NCBI GenBank assembly: GCA_032718475.1 | Contig: JAUCBJ010003797.1 | Span: 1-35,278 of the forward strand | Length of the DNA: 35,278 nucleotides | Direction of reading: 5' to 3' | From: Nemertoderma westbladi | Lineage: Eukaryota > Animalia > Xenacoelomorpha | In this document: positions 22,755 to 35,100 of the stretch, piece by piece | How positions within the stretch are numbered: position 1 is the stretch's first letter | Layout of the letters: every line of letters starts with the position of its first letter | Translations under genes and position numbers: made by a program | Notes under the pieces: model-generated | Database searches by the model: none | What the model was told of the DNA's origin: nothing | Seen by the model: only the letters and a program-made list of their open reading frames with translations

Positions 22755-23327
22755 TCAGTTTAGGAATCGGACGCTCATTTTATCATCGAAGTTTCCGCCT
22801 TCCATGGCGGCGTTGAACTGCTCGAATGTAACGGTGTTACTGTCGCCGGTGTCGATGTCGGCCATCGCCCGTTTAGCGATCACTAAGAGTTGCTCGTCGG
22901 AAATGTTATCGCCCACCATCATATGGAGAACGGCCAGGAGTTCCTCCATAGAAATTAGATTGTCGTTGTCTAAATCGTAGATTTTAAACGCAAATCTTAG
23001 CTTCGCGTCCCTTGAGTTTACGTCAGAAGACTTCGTCCCCGGTTTAATAGAGCGAAACGTCGACAATAAGTTTATGAATTGTCGGAAGTTGACGGTGTCA
23101 TCGACACTGTCCCCGAAAAAAGCCTCGACAATGCGGTCCCCGAGGGGGTTGATCGCGAGTTCCGGGATACGCAGGAAGTCCTCCCGAGTTAGGAAACCGT
23201 TGCCGCCTTTATCTAGGTTAGAGAACCGGCTGTACAACCGCTCGATCTGGTTACACGAGAAACCAGTCGCGGACTGAATCTCGTTGATTTCTTCGTCTTG
23301 CAGAAATATAGAGGCTTTACTCCCCAT
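22755..23327 (-). CDS. CHP1: Calcineurin B homologous protein (EF-hand), single ORF
   Basis: MGSKAS myristoylation start, QIERLYSRFSNLDKG, FLRIPELAINPLGDRIV, KLRFAFKIYDLDND and a KMSVRFL end. Confidence 0.95.
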   Translation of the reverse strand: MGSKASIFLQDEEINEIQSATGFSCNQIERLYSRFSNLDKGGNGFLTREDFLRIPELAINPLGDRIVEAFFGDSVDDTVNFRQFINLLSTFRSIKPGTKSSDVNSRDAKLRFAFKIYDLDNDNLISMEELLAVLHMMVGDNISDEQLLVIAKRAMADIDTGDSNTVTFEQFNAAMEGGNFDDKMSVRFLN

Positions 23328-25182
23328 AGCGGTACCGGTACCGGTAGCGGAGGTTAGAACAACCTCGGAAGGTAACTTGTTCGTCTAAAGATACTGACAA
23401 CCGTCCCGTAGGTCACTCGGTCTGTCAGTGCCACGTTTTGATGTGACAGACACAACACCCCAACATCACGTACAGACGTAACCTGACGCTGACGTGTGAT
23501 CGGCAATTGGCAAATTTGGATATTAATAATGTGTTGGTACTTACTGATTTTTACCGGGTAGGCCTACTGCAGTACTGTCTGACTGTACATGGCTTTGATT
23601 TATACTGCAATATCTGACAAGACATTAGACCATATTGGCTTGTGTTTATGAACCTTTTACACTAAACTTTAAACTAAAATTTTGAAACTGTAACTTTTTG
23701 CCTTTAGTTTTATGTCGAAGACTCGAAGCTCATATTGCAGGCCTACTGTACTTGAAAATACGGCCCTTGTCGAAAACTGAAACCTGAAACTGCAAATCTT
23801 TTCAACAAAGTTGTAAACTTTTAACTTTTAACTTTGTTACTAGTGTAGTCAAATTAGGCCCAAAAGGTAGGCAAGCCCGGTAGAAACTACGCTAAATTTG
23901 GTATCATTCAACACGCAGAGTTTATCGTAGAATAATATTATAATGTGCATCCAGTGCCTTCAATGCCTCCGCAGTTTTTCAAAATCACTTTGAATACATG
24001 TTGATCAGTTCGTCAGTTGGTCCCAGAAGATGATTTGATGAGAAGTGAATATATTATTTTATTTAGGTATTTTACAGTGATATTTTGCAGATTATTTTTT
24101 ATTTTAACATACCATTATTATTATTTGACACCATAAGTACAGTACTGTACAGTTGTGGATTGCGTAATTATATTACCTAAGCTTCCTGTAAGGAAGTCTA
24201 CTATTAGAATCCGGTTGCGAGATAATTTGGTTCAGATAATTTGACACAAATTAACACTTTTTCGTAGAATCGTTTATATATTTTTTTGAATAATGTTTTA
24301 AAATTTGTTTTTTAATATTTGTCACTTTGTTAACAAAATAATAAAACATGAAAAGAAGTCCGCAATACAAATCAAACTCCCACTGAAAACTGTACTAAAG
24401 TCTGTTTTCGAGCGAGTTCGAACAGGGAATACCATAATATTCAAGAATATTTAAAGGATTAGTCCGCCATCGTTTCAAATAATTCATCATGTTATAGACT
24501 GTAATTTTTAGTGTACAGTAGATTCGACTTATTCGTGATTTTATTATTATTATTCGTGATTGTCATTTAAATGGCTTTTTGTTTTAACATGCATTCGTAA
24601 TTCATGTATTTTACTAATTTTATTAGAAAGATTTTTTATTAGAACATTCATTTAATTAACTATTAAATTTTCTCGCCACATTTGTATTTTTATATGTGCC
24701 ATTTGTTTTAACAAAAGGTATTGTCTTTTCTTTATAAATATGGCTGCTATACTTACTTACATACCGGTACTACTATAATTACTTTCAGTTAGGACTTTCC
24801 TTTGGTGTGTATGCGGGTTCCGTAATAAACGGATACGGTCGGATGCCATGGAATTCGAGCATTGGAATTGAGTAAGTACCACTAACTGGCAAGAGTGGAA
24901 ACCCGGACACATTGTACAATGAGGAACGTGGTCTATATAAGTCTACTGACTCCTGGTGACATTGTGTGACATTGTGTAGTTCAGTACGGAACTGAAAGAT
25001 GGCTTTTAGTGCCAGCTCTGCCATCCGGGCATGACGACGGCAGACGACCTATGATAGAGTTAATGTAGGTGACCCTTCCTGCTGCCATGGTTACTGGGTT
25101 ACAATACATAAATTGTTTTATACTGTATAATACTGCAATAGGCCTACAACTAACAATACGGCAGTGGATAGTATGCTAAATA

Positions 25183-26607
25183 CAGTTAGGTACAATGGCC
25201 AAATCTGGCAATGATTGTGATTGCCATATTTGGCAACCAAGCAAAATCTGGCAACATTTCTGATTGCCTGATTTGGCAACTATATAAAGCCGTTGTTGCC
25301 ATATTTGGCAACTTAACCAACTTATTGAATATGGCTTATATGGTTCTGCGTCATTAAGTCCTTCTATGGCAGTATGGTCATTCCTTAGATCCTTAAATGT
25401 TAATGTTAGGCCTAGAAAAAAGGGATAGGGCCAGGTTACAGGTTATACTTATACCGGTATAGTGGCATATTCTAAGTTCTAACCAATACAGCAATATATC
25501 CTAATAAATGAGGTAAGAATGAGAGTCAATAACACAAACACAGACTGACTGGTGATAGTTTATTTTTGCTAGTAATCTCTGGCGCTGCTTGGGGAGGTGA
25601 TTGATTGTTGTTTGTACCAATAATAGTTTAGTAGTTAAAGATTGTATGTAACTGTGTAATGCTGATACAATTGCCCAGCAATCTAAATCATCCTTCTCTC
25701 TATAACAGTTCAGTTTCAGTATATCTATCTTTCCATTCCTACATCAGTACATACAGACATATATTGAAAATAATTTCATCCCGTTTTTCATTAGGCTGTT
25801 AGCAGGTTAGGCTAGGGCCTACTAGAAACAATTTGGTTGAATCCCTACTTACACGCGTTTTGGTTTTCTCAGTCTTTCTAAATTTTGACACTATTTTTCT
25901 TCTGTCACGCCGTTCTGCCGTTTCTCAAACTGTAATGCCCCCTTGCCTTCGTGCTTCCTTTTGGTGATGTTCACGTTCTGACGTTGTCAAATATTATTAC
26001 GTTTATTTCCATTTCAGCCTTTGAAGCATGTGATTCTTTAGTTTTGTTTATGCCTATACCATATACCAGTCTACCAGTAGGTACGGTATATGTCTGTCTG
26101 TTACAGACTCATCCATCTTTCAGTCTTTCCATTAACATATTAACAACATATCAAATACATTCTGACATTTCATCAACTAATGTTTTGTTTATAAATCATC
26201 ACAACTCGACAAGGGCGAAGGGTAAGCAAGCAGTAAGCAATTTTGAAGTAATTTACAATGACAGAGCTACTGACAGGGCTGCACAATGATAATTGTTGCC
26301 AAAAATGGCAACCATTATTTTTCTTTAATTCTAATGGTTGCCAAAATTGGCAATAATTATTTTAGGCACATTTCGGCCTATTGCTAAGAGAAATTCAGAC
26401 GATGATTTTTTTTCTTATACGGCTGTACGGTCAATTATATTTAAATTTCGCGCTCTTTTCACTTACATATTTACCAAAATGCGATTTTGCTTCTGGCTGT
26501 CTGGGCGTGCGAAAATTAGAAAAACCAAAAGTTGCCAGATTTGGCAATAAACATTGCCATATGTGGCAACTTTTGAGGTTGCCAGATTTGGCCATTGTAC
26601 CTAACTG
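25183..26607. mobile_element. Non-autonomous DNA transposon with 29-bp TIRs
   Basis: CAGTTAGGTACAATGGCCAAATCTGGCAA at 25183-25211 and its exact reverse complement at 26579-26607. Flanking AAATA duplication, multiple subterminal TTGCCAnnnnTGGCAA palindromes, and no transposase ORF. Confidence 0.88.
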
Positions 26608-26708
26608 AAATACCTACAGCAGTACAGAATAAAGTAAAGTAAGAGGTAGCGACGAGGTAGGCCTACTACTGTACTACTGTACAGTACAGCAGTACTAAAG
26701 TAGTAATA

Positions 26709-27875
26709 ATGGCGGCTACTGGTATTATGTTTCACCCATTTCCTTTAAAATTAATCTCAGTCTACCGTTGCGGATTACGACCCATACAAACAGCGACACG
26801 AAGAAAACCCACCGACAAAATAACCGCAACATCTCTAGAAGTCGGTTCCCACAGGATAGACAATCTTCTGCTGAAACCATCAGCGAATAATCTACACGAA
26901 TCTGTTGTGAAACTACCTGGAGGAACCCCTATTATATCGAGCGCCACTGGGATACCGGTACCGACGGGGGAGGAAATAAAACATCGTTACTTGGTAAACA
27001 CGAGAACCGCATATCGTACAAGGATAAAACCGTATCTTAGTTTAGCGAAATATCGGCTCACTGGATTAGTAGTTATAACGACAATAGGAGGTTATATATT
27101 GTGTCCATCTACTACATTATCTACTTTCTGCCTATCTACCTTCCTACTCACTACAGTAGGCACCTGGTTCATGAGTTGTTCAGCTAATTCGTTGAACCAA
27201 CTTCTCGAAGTCCCTTTCGACTCTCAGATGAATCGGACTCGCGGCCGCCCATTAGTGACCGGTCGTCTGTCCCCGCTGCAGGCCCTCATGTTCGCTTCCT
27301 CTACCGGTCTCGCTGGTCTCTCCACCCTCTATCTCTCGGTAAACCCCGTCGCCGCCGGGTTAGGTTTGCTAACGCTACTCCTCTACGCCGGGGTCTACAC
27401 CCCGATGAAGCGTTACTCCATTGGTAACACGTGGTGCGGCGCGGTTGTCGGTGCTTTACCGCCGGTTCTCGGTTGGACTGCGGCTTCCGGAGGGGCCTTC
27501 CATCTCGGTGCCCTTTCTCTAGGACTGCTCTTGTACTCCTGGCAGTTCCCCCACTTTAACTCATTGAGTTGGAACCTCAGAGGCGATTATTCTCGCGCCG
27601 GGTACCACATGACGGCTCTCTGTAACCCTAAATTGTGTCGCGGTGTCGCATTGCGACACTCCCTTGCGATGCTGCCAATCTCCCTTAGTTTCCCCTACTT
27701 CTCGGTTACCACTTGGTACTTTCCTTTTGCCGCTCTGCTTATAAATCTGCCGTTAATTTATTTGTCCGTCAACTTTTATCGAGACCCATCTCGGAAAACG
27801 TCCAGGACGCTATTCTTCTCAACTCTGTTTCATTTACCCTTAATATTTATTTTACTTTTGGTCTGTAAAGTTTAA
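26709..27875 (+). CDS. COX10: Protoheme IX farnesyltransferase (heme O synthase), mitochondrial, single ORF
   Basis: UbiA-family motifs LAKYRLTGLVV, ANSLNQLLEVPFDSQMNRTRGRPL, YTPMKR, GAVVGALPP and WQFPHFNSLSW. Basic N-terminal presequence. Confidence 0.95.
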   Translation: MAATGIMFHPFPLKLISVYRCGLRPIQTATRRKPTDKITATSLEVGSHRIDNLLLKPSANNLHESVVKLPGGTPIISSATGIPVPTGEEIKHRYLVNTRTAYRTRIKPYLSLAKYRLTGLVVITTIGGYILCPSTTLSTFCLSTFLLTTVGTWFMSCSANSLNQLLEVPFDSQMNRTRGRPLVTGRLSPLQALMFASSTGLAGLSTLYLSVNPVAAGLGLLTLLLYAGVYTPMKRYSIGNTWCGAVVGALPPVLGWTAASGGAFHLGALSLGLLLYSWQFPHFNSLSWNLRGDYSRAGYHMTALCNPKLCRGVALRHSLAMLPISLSFPYFSVTTWYFPFAALLINLPLIYLSVNFYRDPSRKTSRTLFFSTLFHLPLIFILLLVCKV

Positions 27876-28296
27876 TATTAATAGAATTTGTAGAATACTA
27901 ATTGTAGGTTATTGGCTGTAGTTAGTGCAATTCTATTTAATTGAAACATTGTTAGTTGAGGTAGATGATGCCAATATTGAATGTACAAAGCCACGGATTC
28001 TTAAGTAAACTTTCTTATTTATCCGGTCAGGTTTTTTGGGAATTTTTTGGCGTTGTCGGCGCCATCGACCAAAATTTATATGGCGTCTGGCGCCTTTGAA
28101 ACTTGCGAAATCGGCAAACTGTTCAAAATAAATAAGTAAACAACAAGGCCTGTCAAAAACTATTTGGTAGGGTAATTATTTATTGAGGTTATTCATTGGA
28201 GCAGAAGCATTTAAATTTCTAATTAATTTAGGTATATTTAAATTAATTTGGTAATTAATTGAATTGATCAGTTTATCGATCAGTAAGTCGATTCAT

Positions 28297-28367
28297 TCAT
28301 ACAGTAGTAAAGGTGGTTGGATCTTCCACCTGGGTGTTCCAAACCACCTCCCTTTACTACTGTATGA
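28297..28367. repeat. 71-nt hairpin (inverted repeat)
   Basis: TCATACAGTAGTAAAGG / CCTTTACTACTGTATGA (17 bp, perfect) plus inner GGTGGTTGGA / TCCAAACCACC. Confidence 0.8.
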
Positions 28368-30284
28368 TGTTTAGTTTAACCCGGTTACCTGGGCCGGTTA
28401 CCTGGGCGCGGAACTATCTTTGGTAATACTGAAATTATCTATTTATTATATGCAAATGTTTTATCTCTAACCTTTTTAATAATAATTGGCAACTAATTGA
28501 ATAATTGTTTAGTGAATGAATTACAGTACAATATTAATTGATTGGTAACCACAACTTAATTCCATTTAATTGATTGATAATATTTCCGAAGTTGATAGAG
28601 GCCATGCAATTAAATTACAATTAATTGTTGAGTGGCCTTGCTGTACCGGTAGGGTTATCAGAGAATATGCCGGGCGATCTCTTGGAGAATCTCTTTGGCT
28701 GACGTCTCCGAGGTTCCAGCGGCCGCGTGCTGTGGCGCTGCGCCATATTTATTGGCGCTAAAACAACCCGAACCCGATGATTTACCTCGAACATGATGTT
28801 GTTTCGGTTCGATTCGGTTTTATAATACCCACAAAATGACAGCGTCATCTTATTCATGGTCAACATCATACCTGAACCTGAACCTATGGAAATTAAATTT
28901 GGGTGACCCGATATTCGTAATTATTATTAATTAATATGAACAGCAATTAATTAAAACTAACCGCAATCCTGTCGGATATTTTGTGTTATTATTTTATAAA
29001 TTTCTTATAAATAAATTAAAATTATAAATTTAATAATCAAAATGAACATCAAAAAATAAGTAAAAGTAATGAATACGTGAAATAAAAATCTATGAGCGTG
29101 AAATATAAAAAATACGGTAATATACTGTAACTGGCAGGTTATCCACCATCAAGTGGGGCGAGCCATAGTATGAGCCACCCACAGACGCATAGTAGATATT
29201 ATTTTAATTTTAATTAAATTTAGTAGTAATTCCCGCAGTAGTAAATTTTAATATGGAATACGAAATCGATGAGGTACAGTAATATTAGCCTTATAATGCC
29301 TAGGGCGTTATCGGAAAACTTTATCAAGATTTGCGGGCAGATCAAGAAAGTTTTTAATCATACGAGAATATCAATTCCAATTACTCTCATCTATTTAACC
29401 GCATGTATACTAGTGATATAGTAAGTGGAGAGAGTCTATACCGGGCTATATGCAAGACTACTTCTAAATTCTAACTGTACCGTAAAGTATAAAAGATAAA
29501 GAGTACGATAACAAGTGTTATATTGGTACACTGTAGCTGCTATAATTTTATAAATATTACTTCTGATTGGCTGTTTTTTTAACTTTCAAGTAATATTCAA
29601 TTCAAGTTACACCCATCCGTTTAGTAGAGAAGTTGTGTAGAAAAGCTCCGTGTATCGTAACAGCAAAAGTAGTATTAAAAATGGTTAAATTATTAGACAA
29701 ATTCCCGTTGCTATGGAAACTAAATTGGTAACTACCTAGAAGTGCATACTTCAGTCTATCGATAGTTAATAGAGTAAAGTTTGTCTGTACCAAATTAGGA
29801 GAAAATCCCACCAAAAGACCCCTTGTTGGTTGTTGCTACTATAAAATCCATGTTGCTTAGGAAAGAAACAGGAAATTGAAAGTACATATACAATATATTT
29901 TTATAGACATTTTTTTGGGGGTATTGTGGGGGTATTGTAAAATAAAAACAATTGGTTTGGATGAATTGCGAATTTGTTATGGGTTGACCCCCTTTTTGGC
30001 TAGATTGACTCTCCTAGTTGTAGCGCGTTTACACCCCTTTTCATCATATTAATAGCCAGTAAACATGTTCTGGAACGCACCCCTCTATCATCTACCTACG
30101 TTAATATTGGTTTTGTATAGAAACACTTTTTTCCAGATAATAATTCGTTCATTAGGCATCTACTTTTTGGAAATAATCAGCTCGACCCCCCCCCCCCCCC
30201 CCCCGATGAGTAATTTATTTAGATCCAATCTGTGATCCGATTAATTGTGTTATAATATTTATTTAAAACTAAAAGATTAAGAAT

Positions 30285-30703
30285 TCACGCCAATCCCCTG
30301 GTGTCTACGGGTCGCGTCTCTTTTTTATGCAAAAATAAAACCACAAACGGTAACAAACTAGCCATAAGAAACACGACACCAGCTACATTGAAAATAAGGC
30401 TGTAGTCTTTATTGAGTTCGAATAACCAACCGGTAGTTGGAGGCACTATTAGTGCCGGTAGACCCCAGGACAATAGAGACATGTAGGCGTAAGCGTCGCC
30501 GAACAGTTCGCTATCCAGATATATGTAGATCAACACGCCGTTGAGTGTGAGTATGATACCGGTAGTGAAGCCATAGAGGAACATGTAAATGGATTGGAGT
30601 AGGAGCGTCTCCATTAGATAACTGCTCATTATCGTAACAACGCCCACCATTAGAAGGACACATTGTTGAACAACCAGTAGTTGCTTCTCAAATTTAATGC
30701 TCA
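30285..30703 (-). CDS. Probable terminal exon of an MFS monocarboxylate transporter (SLC16/MCT family)
   Basis: Four hydrophobic helices with MCT-like LYGFTTG, FGDAY, LIVPPTTGWLFE...DY and AG motifs. Candidate acceptor TTTATGTTTCCATAG ends at 30704. Upstream exons are not in the window. Confidence 0.7.
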
Positions 30704-30741
30704 CTATGGAAACATAAATATATGTATAATGGAGTTGAGAT

Positions 30742-32049
30742 GACCGGGCATGTACGCGGTCCCGGTCCGTCGGGTGGTAGAACTGAGAGGACCGGGCATG
30801 TACGCGGTCCGTCGGGTGGTAGAACTGAGAGGACCGGGCATGTACGCGGTCCGCCGGGTGGTAGAACTGAGAGGACCGGGCATGTACGCGGTCCGTCGGG
30901 TGGTAGAACTGAGAGGACCGGGCATGTACGCGGTCCGCCGGGTGGTAGAACTGAGAGGACCGGGCATGTACGCGGTCCGTCGGGTGGTAGAACTGAGAGG
31001 ACCGGGCATGTACGCGGTCCGCCGGGTGGTAGAACTGAGAGGACCGGGCATGTACGCGGTCCGTCGGGTGGTAGAACTGAGAGGACCGGGCATGTACGCG
31101 GTCCGTCGGGTGGTAGAACTGAGAGGACCGGGCATGTACGCGGTCCGCCGGGTGGTAGAACTGAGAGGACCGGGCATGTACGCGGTCCGTCGGGTGGTAG
31201 AACTGAGAGGACCGGGCATGTACGCGGTCCGTCGGGTGGTAGAACTGAGAGGACCGGGCATGTACGCGGTCCGTCGGGTGGTAGAACTGAGAGGACCGGG
31301 CATGTACGCGGTCCGTCGGGTGGTAGAACTGAGAGGACCGGGCATGTACGCGGTCCGTCGGGTGGTAGAACTGAGAGGACCGGGCATGTACGCTGTCCGT
31401 CGGGTGGTAGAACTGAGAGGACCGGGCATGTACGCGGTCCGTCGGGTGGTAGAACTGAGAGGACCGGGCATGTACGCGGTCCGTCGGGTGGTAGAACTGA
31501 GAGGACCGGGCATGTACGCGGTCCGTCGGGTGGTAGAACTGAGAGGACCGGGCATGTACGCGGTCCGTCGGGTGGTAGAACTGAGAGGACCGGGCATGTA
31601 CGCGGTCCGCCGGGTGGTAGAACTGAGAGGACCGGGCATGTACGCGGTCCGTCGGGTGGTAGAACTGAGAGGACCGGGCATGTACGCGGTCCGTCGGGTG
31701 GTAGAACTGAGAGGACCGGGCATGTACGCTGTCCGTCGGGTGGTAGAACTGAGAGGACCGGGCATGTACGCGGTCCGTCGGGTGGTAGAACTGAGAGGAC
31801 CGGGCATGTACGCGGTCCGTCGGGTGGTAGAACTGTGAGGACCGGGCATGTACGCTGTCCGTCGGGTGGTAGAACTGAGAGGACCGGGCATGTACGCGGT
31901 CCGTCGGGTGGTAGAACTGAGAGGACCGGGCATGTACGCGGTCCGTCGGGTGGTAGAACTGAGAGGACCGGGCATGTACGCGGTCCGTCGGGTGGTAGAA
32001 CTGAGAGGACCGGGCATGTACGCGGTGCGTCGGGTGGTAGACCTGAAAG
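30742..32049. repeat. 42-bp GC-rich minisatellite, about 31 copies (GACCGGGCATGTACGCGGTCCGTCGGGTGGTAGAACTGAGAG)
   Basis: Visible tandem units and 14-aa periodicity in the ORF track. The first unit has a 6-bp duplication. Confidence 0.97.
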
Positions 32050-32122
32050 GTCTTATTCGACACCTCCCGCGCAGGTTCGAGGCGGTACTGCCTACTGCAT
32101 AAAGGTGCCGCCTATAAACATG

Positions 32123-35100
32123 TTTTTTTTTTTTTTTAAACTGCGCCCCCACGCGGGGCAAATGGAGACCTTTATTTCGATTCATTCAAATATTTACATA
32201 AGATACTCAATAAAATAAAACAATTTATATTATACATTCATATAAAAATCTGTTAACATTTTGCGTAACCTTAGGCCTTTATCTTTATTGTAGACTATTA
32301 TTGTGCCGCTAGAGATGAAAGTTCAGGTGAGCTCGAGCATTCTAGAACATGGTAAAGGTCCTCGGCGCTGTTACCGCAATATTTGCACGTGCAAGTTTGC
32401 ATTCTTTCATGAAACGGGGTTGTTGTGGAGCAAATTATATGGTGGAAACCATGCGCGGTTGTTCTTGTTATTATGTGGCGATTCCTTTGATTAGTGGATC
32501 TCCAGACGTTAGACTTGAAGGCTGGCCCCAATATATACCCTTGACCTGAGAAGTTATTATCCCTTTCCGTTCGAAAATTGCGGTAGAGTTCTAATGCGGC
32601 TGGGTTGATAATATTGGGATACTGCTCACATATATCTTCGGTGAGGGTTTTGCAGTTGGTAAGGTTGTGAGCCAGGGTAGACGATGCGTTTTTCGGAAGT
32701 GATAATAGGCGTTTTAGAAAGGTAGATTTAATTTTATCCAGTTCTTTAAGATTTGAGACTGTCAAATGTGGAGCTATTTCCGGGAAAGCGTAAGTTACGG
32801 CGGGGTATATTTTCATTTTGAAGATTTTTACACCAGTTTTGATAGAGACGAGGTTCAGATTTCTCAAGCAGCCTATTAGAGTGTAGGACCGTTGTTTTTT
32901 ATTCTCAATGTGTTGGGTAAAGCACAATGTAGGTTGTAGAGTGACCCCTAGGTAGGTGTACCGGTTAGTTATTTCTATTGGGAGGCCCCCGTATTTGAAC
33001 ACATCAGCCTTAGCCAGTCTTCCACCACGCCGGAATTTGATAACTTTTGTTTTATCTAAATTTACATGCATTTTATTTAGTTTACACCATTCATATAGTT
33101 GATCTAGCCCAGCTTGGATAGCTTCTTTTTCTGTAGAATAGAGAACAAGATCATCTGCGAAAAATATAAATAGTAGTGCCGATCCTATACGTCGGAGTAA
33201 AGTCGAGAGATCCGCAATAAACATGATGAAACCAGTTGGTGAAAAACAGTCACCTTGTAGTATTCCACGTAATTGGACTATTGGTGAAGAGTATTTAATA
33301 CCATCATAGATTTTAACAGAGTTATTAAAGATTGCCCGAATAAGTTGAAATAACTTCCCTTTTATTCCAAATTGTGTGTACATCTTATACAGCAATATAT
33401 TTCTATCGACCAAGTCGAACGCCTTTCTGAAGTCAACAAAGACGGCATATACCGGTTTGGAGTTAGTATTATGCACAGTGACATTTACAAACTCTATGAA
33501 TTTCTTAAGTGCCTGCCTCGTCGACCGCCCGGTAATGAACCCATATTGCTCTGTGGGTAACATAGTCTTTATCTTGGATATAACACGTGCATTTATCATT
33601 GATGTAAATATCTTCAAAAGTACACATATCATGGCCACCCCCCTATAGTTTCCGGGGTCGCTGTAGCTACCCTTGCCTTTATATAATATTTTTATAATGC
33701 TGGTCTTCCAAATCTGGGGAATGTAACTCACATTCAGACATGTGTTGAACAATAACACTAGGATGGTGATCATGTAAGGTATCACTTGCTTGAAATGTTC
33801 ATAGAACAGACCATCTGTGCCGCAAGCTTTCCCATTTGCTGTTCTGTTGATGGCGTTGTTCACCTCTGTTTCACCGAATGGCTGATTATACCAATCGTCC
33901 GATTCGTTTTCACCTGGTACCGGTGTGAAAAATGGTTGATTTGGTGGTGATTCTGGTGATGTTTCGTTTTGGCCGATAAGAGTTTCAAAATGCTGTTCTA
34001 GAATTTTCAGATCTATTGGAGCTACAGTTGCGACCCTTGCATCTTTCCACAATGACCAAGGGGTTATCTCGGATTGGCGGAGTCTGTTTAGTAGAAGCTC
34101 TTCTTTATGTGCTAACATTTTAACTTTGATAAGACGCTTATATTCTTTCCGAAGAGACCAATAACCTGTAACATTATTGGAGTAGACACGCTGTTCATGC
34201 AGGATTGACATGAGTTCACGTTTCTTCGACTTGCACTCGTCATCGTACCAGGGTTGATGATGAGAGCGGGATTTATGGTGCTTCTGTGAAGCTGCTGAGA
34301 TTGTGTTGTTGATATTATCAACCGCTGTATCTATTTCACCTTCGAGCAGATAGGAAATGATATCATTTTTTCGGAGTTCTTCTTCTAGGATATTAGTGTT
34401 TAACTTTCGTGATAGTTGAGGAGCTGGTTTATCAATATACTCGTTGTTAAAGGCTATAACAATATGTAAATCAACCCGTTGGTGTTTACGAATTGGGTGT
34501 AATCTAATAGTTACAGACGACGCACGCACCTCAATGTCTGAGGGGACGCGTGTGTAATAGAGATCGATGGTGCTCGTTCCTTGTGGAGAATAGTAAGTAC
34601 ACTCTGAAGATTTGTTTTGCACCGTAAATCCCAGGATTTGCAGGTTGGTCCTGAGGTCAGTTCCGCGGGTTCCAGTTGCTCTGTCGTCGATTCGACAATT
34701 AAAATCACCTCCAAGTATAATCGGTACTTCAGGATTAGTGAAGGTAAGCGCCTCGCTGATAGAAAGCAGAATATCCTCTATACTTGTCTCAGGGTTAAAG
34801 TAAAAAGCTAGTATGTATGCAGCATTCGTTCTAAGAACTAAGTAATTGTCAGTTACGGCGATTTCTTTTGGAGAGAGTTCAGGTTTAGCAAGGATTACTA
34901 GTCCGCCCTGAGGTCGGCCCCTTCCTGAGTTCCGAGCAGGTTGCACGTAAGAGTAAAATCCAGGGAATGAAAACTCTTTTTTGCAATAGAATGTCTCAGT
35001 TAACAAAAGTAGGTCTGCCTCCCCAACTACTTCCCGATTACTTAGTGTTTCATGAACATAATTCAACCCTTCTACATTCCAAAGCGCGAGTTTTAGTGAT

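Noticed and set aside
23465-23497. CRE/ATF-like TGACG cluster upstream of CHP1
   Set aside because: These are plausible promoter motifs but too short to call without TSS data.
24785-25024. 79-aa ORF between CHP1 and the TIR element
   Set aside because: No recognisable motif, and the length is within chance expectation.
25196-25312. RFX or NF-I sites in the TTGCCA-N4-TGGCAA palindromes
   Set aside because: Spacing and orientation do not fit either consensus. They are better explained as transposon subterminal repeats.
30742-32049. Hammerhead ribozyme / retrozyme satellite (CTGAGAG followed by a stem)
   Set aside because: The core does not match CUGANGA and no GAAA follows the stem.
30704-32218. 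The other long ORFs (493, 498, 362 aa) across the 42-bp array
   Set aside because: These are alternative frames of the tandem repeat with no non-repeat coding content.
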